A stretch of 64,000 nucleotides of DNA from Candidatus Wildermuthbacteria bacterium (GTDB lineage Bacteria; Patescibacteriota; Minisyncoccia; Minisyncoccales; UBA10102). A program made the position numbers and the translations under genes. Shown here piece by piece: positions 59,485-64,000 of the stretch; within the stretch, counting starts at the first letter, position 1; every line of letters starts with the position of its first letter. The notes under the pieces were generated by a model. That model searched no databases. It worked only from the letters and a program-made list of their open reading frames with translations, and was not told the DNA's origin. Location of the stretch: positions 200,983-264,982 of the forward strand of contig JACPMK010000002.1 of assembly GCA_016186115.1 (NCBI GenBank), written 5' to 3'.

Positions 59485-60081
59485 CTATGCCAACACCTTC
59501 TCGATCAGTTGCACTAATTCTGGAAAATGTTCTTGACTAAAATGCCCACGATTTTTAAAGACGTGCGGCTCTATCTCGGGTAACTTTGCTTTGTATTTTT
59601 CGGCCTCTTTTGGCGACACCACCGGATCGTCCAAACTTTGATATACATGAATACTCTTGCATTGCTTTGCTATTTTTTGCAAAGAACCCTTGGGCGCAAA
59701 ATCTCCGTAATCGTAGGGCGGAGCTACCAAAAGAAGTCCTGAAATTTTCTTTGGGAAAGAATTTTCCGATAAGTATTTCGCAAGAAACGCTCCTCCCAAA
59801 GAATGCCCTACGAGCACCACGCCATTTTTCAAATACGGAAACATGCGCTCGAACCAGATTTTCCATTCCACGTATCGGGCATTCGTCCTATTTGGCATCC
59901 GCGGCATCAATACGTCATATTTCTTCCCGAGATCCTTCGATAAATTGCCCTTCCAGTCCGTCTTGGCTCTAAACGAACCAATCGAAACTTTCCAATGCTT
60001 TAAAGACCTAACATACTCTTTATAAGTATGAAAAGAATCCCCTCCATGTATCACCACCACTTGTTTTATCTTCTTTACCAT
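59485..60081 (-). CDS. YdeN/RBBP9-family alpha/beta hydrolase
   Basis: IHGG, GHSLG, SLDDPVV, GHF. Confidence 0.9.
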   Translation of the reverse strand: MVKKIKQVVVIHGGDSFHTYKEYVRSLKHWKVSIGSFRAKTDWKGNLSKDLGKKYDVLMPRMPNRTNARYVEWKIWFERMFPYLKNGVVLVGHSLGGAFLAKYLSENSFPKKISGLLLVAPPYDYGDFAPKGSLQKIAKQCKSIHVYQSLDDPVVSPKEAEKYKAKLPEIEPHVFKNRGHFSQEHFPELVQLIEKVLA

Positions 60082-60585
60082 TTTTATTTGTGGCGAGTTA
60101 TTTGAATGATCTCTTTTTTTTAAATCTCCAATCTAGTGTCATGTATTCCCGTCGAGAAATTGAATGCTCAAAACCTCGCCCTGCTTAAACGGAGCAGCTT
60201 TTTTGCTGATTTTAGAAATACAATGCGTAACTCCATATATTACTTTACTCTACCGTTTTGACAAATTCGGCGCAAGATTCAAAAAATCAAGCAACATATT
60301 GACAAATTTATTAATTGGACGCAGATCGCATAGGCAATAACCTATCACAACAAGGGTGGTCTCCAAAAGAGATAGACCTCGTCAAAGAAGCAATAAAGAA
60401 GCTCCCAGCAAAAGCACAACAAAAGAAGTTATGAAGGAGTTATGAAGGAAGTTTAACTTCCTTCTTCGCATCCTTCATGAAAAATAAGAGAGCGGCACTT
60501 GTCGCTCTCTTTTATTTAAGGACGCAGCTCTGAATCATCAGAACCAAGGTACTAGATAAGATAATCGATGTATACCTCCTTGAAT

Positions 60586-60759
60586 TTATGAAATCCCGTG
60601 AGAGCAGAAAGGGCGTTTGCAGTACGTTCCAGTGAAAATACTGCCATGTCCAGAATCATGAAATCCCCACTGATGAAACCCCATCCAACAAAGGATGATG
60701 CCCGGAATTTCCCACACTCCAACAACGGCCGCCATTAAAATCCTATCGAACCAGACCAT
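60586..60759 (-). CDS. small hypothetical protein (His/Cys-rich tail)
   Basis: SD AAGGAGG before ATG 60759; hydrophobic N-terminus. Confidence 0.45.
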   Translation of the reverse strand: MVWFDRILMAAVVGVWEIPGIILCWMGFHQWGFHDSGHGSIFTGTYCKRPFCSHGIS

Positions 60760-61103
60760 CGCTCCCTCCTTTGAATTTACTACCACTCTAGCACATCTCT
60801 ACAATTTTTCCAGCATCATAAAAAAGCACCGCGTGATGGGACGCGGTGCGGACCCTTGTTATGGCTACGATGATCGAAGAAATTTGCCCAATCGATCGCT
60901 CCTCTTGGGATGACGCAATCTGCTAAGTCCGACCTTTAGAAAATCAAGTACAAAGCTCTCTGGCATATTCATATTTCGCTACCTCGTCTTGCAATGGAAT
61001 ATCCGTTGTGGAAAATACAAGAGATAAAAGAATTTCAAATCAAGCTCTTGACCATTGCAATCGATGAGATATAATAGAAGCAACAACAAGAGGGAGGTGC
61101 ACA

Positions 61104-61265
61104 ATGATGCCGTGGGTCCTACTGGGAACGGGGCTTGGAGCAATTGTTTGGATCGTAGGGCTCGTTTATCTGCTTCGTCTTCTTCATTGGGTAGCTTGTC
61201 TCGACCAAGACGCTCAATACCAATACATGGAAGGGCGAAATCTCTCCCATCCTGCAGCTGACTAA
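61104..61265 (+). CDS. 53-aa single-TM small protein (not in ORF track)
   Basis: TTGACC..TATAAT promoter, GGAGGT SD, MMPWVLLGTGLGAIVWIVGLVYLL.., hairpin at the stop. Confidence 0.6.
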   Translation: MMPWVLLGTGLGAIVWIVGLVYLLRLLHWVACLDQDAQYQYMEGRNLSHPAAD

Positions 61266-61324
61266 AATCAGCTGCAATTTTTATTGCATCAAATTTTCGC
61301 CTTATAAAAAACTAAGCTGCCATC

Positions 61325-61558
61325 TCACGATGACAGCTTTTCTGCGATCTTTTTACGCCTGGAGCGACGGTAACGTGCAATAAAACTTCCTGGAAGAAAC
61401 ACATCCGTGCAATGCCTACTTGCCCTCTTTCGAATGGCCTCATACAATTTGTTCACTTGATGCATAGGCCATAGATGCAAGACCCTAAGATGTATCAGCT
61501 GATTCGGACCCCTCGGCTTCCCTCCGCATTCATTACAAACCCACCATACTGTTGCCAT
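61325..61558 (-). CDS. small protein with C2H2-like motif
   Basis: SD AGGAGG; CNEC..HLRVLH. Confidence 0.55.
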   Translation of the reverse strand: MATVWWVCNECGGKPRGPNQLIHLRVLHLWPMHQVNKLYEAIRKRASRHCTDVFLPGSFIARYRRSRRKKIAEKLSS

Positions 61559-61569
61559 TATACTCCTCC

Positions 61570-61815
61570 TTACATCATCCCGCGGAATTTTTGGGCCATG
61601 GCAAGCTGCGCCTTCTTAATCACCTCATTGAAACATTCCTGCAAAATTCTTTGCTGCTGCTCTTGCGAAATTTCTGGGTTGAGAATTATTTCTTCTACCA
61701 TAAAAGCGCCGTTCATGACAACTTTTACGCCTTCCTTTTCTGATTCAAATTTTTCTTTGGCAACCTCGCCCTGCAAATCCCGCAACTGTTTCAATTGTTT
61801 TATTTTCTCAAACAT
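61570..61815 (-). CDS. YbaB/EbfC nucleoid-associated protein
   Basis: GVKVVMNG.., FNEVIKKAQ..MAQK. Confidence 0.8.
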   Translation of the reverse strand: MFEKIKQLKQLRDLQGEVAKEKFESEKEGVKVVMNGAFMVEEIILNPEISQEQQQRILQECFNEVIKKAQLAMAQKFRGMM

Positions 61816-61822
61816 ATACTCT

Positions 61823-63850
61823 CTATAATTCCAACGTTTTAATTTTTTGCCAATTGGTTTCGTCAAATACAGTAATTTCCTGCTCCCCTATCAGATAAAG
61901 ATACTCATCAAGATAGATTGCCCGTTTCACTGCGGTTTGGCTTGCCGCCTTTACAAGTTTCAATTGATCCTGATCATACGAGAATATGTAGCCGCCCCTT
62001 CCTCCGGGCAGGAAAAATATCTTATGTTTGGTATCAAGCAAAAAGGCATGGTGAGTAGAAAGCACTTCCGACCATGACTCGTCGAGCGTATATTTTGCAA
62101 TCTCTTTTGGATTTGCTACATTTGATACATCAAAAAGTGAAACCTTCACCTTCCAATCGTCCTGACCAATGCCGAGAATCCTGTCTTTGGTAATGGGCTC
62201 CAGATACGAAGAATACCCCGGAATTTTCAGCTCTCCTTTGAGCTGGGGGTTCTTGGGATTGGAAAGATCAAGCACGTAGAAAGGATCGATTTGTCTAAAG
62301 GTAACAAGATACCCCTTGTCTTCCACAAAACGCACTGAATAGATACGTTCTGAAAGTCCAAGGTCCTTTACCGATCCCTGAATTTCCAAATCATTATTAA
62401 GAATATACACATCATTCGCGCTCTTTTGCCCCTGCGAATGAAAGCCGTAGCCAAAGCCAAACCATTGTTCTCCCACTGTTGTGGCAATGCGAAGATTGCG
62501 TTGATATTCGTCGAGCGAAAATTGATTGAGAGGCCGCCCCGGAACATTGCCCACTGCCCGCACGATAAAACTACCCAATGGAATTTGGACAATTCCTGTT
62601 TTTTCTAAATCTCGCTTATGGGCTTGGTAGAAATCGCTCATGCGATTGGCAATTTCATTCTGCAATCTCAAAACCTCATCTTGATCGAGCGAGGCGAAAT
62701 ATCGTTCAAGAATCACTTGCAATTCTGTTGTCTTTGCCTGATCGCTCAAATCATACGCGGCAAGCCGGGTGATCTTGGTTCGTATCGATTCCGGGAAAAG
62801 ATCTTTCCCCTTTTCTTCGATAAATTTTACAATAAAAGAAAATGTGCTCTCGCTCAAAGAATAGGTGATATACAGCGCATGCTCTGACATATAGAGAACC
62901 GAGAGATCCGCGGATCCAACAAAAGAAACTTTCTTGTTTACTGCTCCAGTGCGAGGATCAATATTCATTGCAACAAATGTCGAATCAACCAGCGCCGAGG
63001 CAACAGGGTGATAAATTTCCCTGCAAGGAATAATCAAATCGGTTCCCCTGCTCGATAAAGGCTTCAAAGGGCACGGATGAATCGTATTCACCGTGTCTCT
63101 CGTCACAACATACAAAGCGCCGTTATACATTCTCGCATCAACAAGCATGGTGCGATCGCTCAATGTAATATCCCAAAGTTTTTTCGGAGCAGCTGGATCT
63201 GCAACGTCATAGCCAAGAATTTCCTGCCCCGCGAACACGACAAGAATGTTATCAGACAAAAGCAGGTTTCCATTCTTTTCAATTTCAGAATCTAACTTAA
63301 GATCGGCCACCGGAAATGCCTTGATCACCTTTGTCTTTGCCTGATATTCGGGATAAGGCGGCATAATACCGATTTCCCCCTCGCGAAGAGGCATGGGCTT
63401 GGGCATTGCGTAGTACACAAGGGGCTGCGAAGAAAAATAAATTTCTTTGCCATCGGTTTTTACGATATCGGGCTCATCGATCCCTTTCACCTGCACGGTT
63501 GTTTCAGAAACACGGGAAGGAACGGACGTTTTTGCGCCCTGATCAATTGATGGCGCTGGAGTCATAAGAGGAGCTGGCGCTTCCATGGCACCCCGCCCCA
63601 TTCCAGACAAGAATTGAGACGATGATTTTGCGAGATACGCTTTAAATTCCTCTTCACTTTGGAAAAGCGCAAGCTCGGAAGCGCTCGCCAAAGGAAGAGA
63701 AATATTCTGCACGAGAACTTGCGTAGAGGAAAACTCTTGCAATACTCGAAAAGATGCATATCCTATCACAAGAAGCGCCAGCAGGAATACGCCCAAAAGA
63801 GTAGAGATGGCGAACTTCCGATCGATGGGACGGGTAAGTAATGCTTTCAT
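61823..63850 (-). CDS. secreted beta-propeller domain protein
   Basis: VQVKGIDEPDIVKTDG, NQFSLDEY, ERIYSVRF, VTFRQIDP, GELKIPGYSSYL. Confidence 0.88.
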   Translation of the reverse strand: MKALLTRPIDRKFAISTLLGVFLLALLVIGYASFRVLQEFSSTQVLVQNISLPLASASELALFQSEEEFKAYLAKSSSQFLSGMGRGAMEAPAPLMTPAPSIDQGAKTSVPSRVSETTVQVKGIDEPDIVKTDGKEIYFSSQPLVYYAMPKPMPLREGEIGIMPPYPEYQAKTKVIKAFPVADLKLDSEIEKNGNLLLSDNILVVFAGQEILGYDVADPAAPKKLWDITLSDRTMLVDARMYNGALYVVTRDTVNTIHPCPLKPLSSRGTDLIIPCREIYHPVASALVDSTFVAMNIDPRTGAVNKKVSFVGSADLSVLYMSEHALYITYSLSESTFSFIVKFIEEKGKDLFPESIRTKITRLAAYDLSDQAKTTELQVILERYFASLDQDEVLRLQNEIANRMSDFYQAHKRDLEKTGIVQIPLGSFIVRAVGNVPGRPLNQFSLDEYQRNLRIATTVGEQWFGFGYGFHSQGQKSANDVYILNNDLEIQGSVKDLGLSERIYSVRFVEDKGYLVTFRQIDPFYVLDLSNPKNPQLKGELKIPGYSSYLEPITKDRILGIGQDDWKVKVSLFDVSNVANPKEIAKYTLDESWSEVLSTHHAFLLDTKHKIFFLPGGRGGYIFSYDQDQLKLVKAASQTAVKRAIYLDEYLYLIGEQEITVFDETNWQKIKTLEL

Positions 63851-63900
63851 AGTGTTTTATTCTAGCACACCCCATCCCATCTCGTAAATTGATTTTCCCC

Positions 63901-64000
63901 CTACTTTTTTTCGTTCTTGCGGATCTGTTCAATAAGATACGCTAACTTTCGTTCTGCTCTGGTCTCGTAGATACTGCGCAAAATGTGATTGCTCACGTAG
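63901..64000 (-). CDS. 3' end of an unidentified gene (partial)
   Basis: Open frame ..YETRAERKLAYLIEQIRKNEKK* entering from the window edge. Confidence 0.4.
   Translation of the reverse strand, partial: YVSNHILRSIYETRAERKLAYLIEQIRKNEKK

Overview
A gene-dense window, almost entirely on the minus strand. It looks like a Patescibacteria/CPR (Parcubacteria-like) chromosome; this is inferred from gene content such as archaeal-type pyrH, PGI/PMI, split transketolase, pilin-like genes and a CPR-style DGR. Housekeeping content includes the F-type ATP synthase operon (atpBEFHAG), tgt, ychF, pyrH, DNA repair genes, dprA-comM-yraN, pentose phosphate genes, xseAB and prmC. The most striking structure is an ~11.2 kb accessory region (9786-21014) between pyrH and ychF. 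It reads as a tandem array of cassettes inserted one after another at codons 6-7 of ychF. Three hybrid junctions (ATG/AGG at 21032, 19298, 13851) each join a ychF-like head (MTLSVG / [R]KLSCG / MSALSVG) at an AT dinucleotide to a conserved foreign arm containing CACAACCCGACA. In another frame this arm encodes a conserved peptide tail, R[YH]GxxTTRH..L[IV][PL]FxF[KE]I. No recombinase is present in the array. Cargo is a NYN nuclease with two hypothetical genes, a decayed purN-purL unit, a 77-codon ychF fragment, a DUF433/DUF5615 toxin-antitoxin pair, an IS30, and a complete diversity-generating retroelement (RT, avd, 137-bp TR/VR with 18 of 19 mismatches at TR adenines). Also present: a likely cobalamin riboswitch upstream of DUF4430 surface proteins, a structured transcript encoding a 16-aa hydrophobic peptide, two pseudogenes with internal deletions, and REP-like palindromes inserted in frame in tgt and rpiB. 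I recognised no rRNA, tRNA or CRISPR array. All family assignments come from motif recognition by eye, not from database searches.
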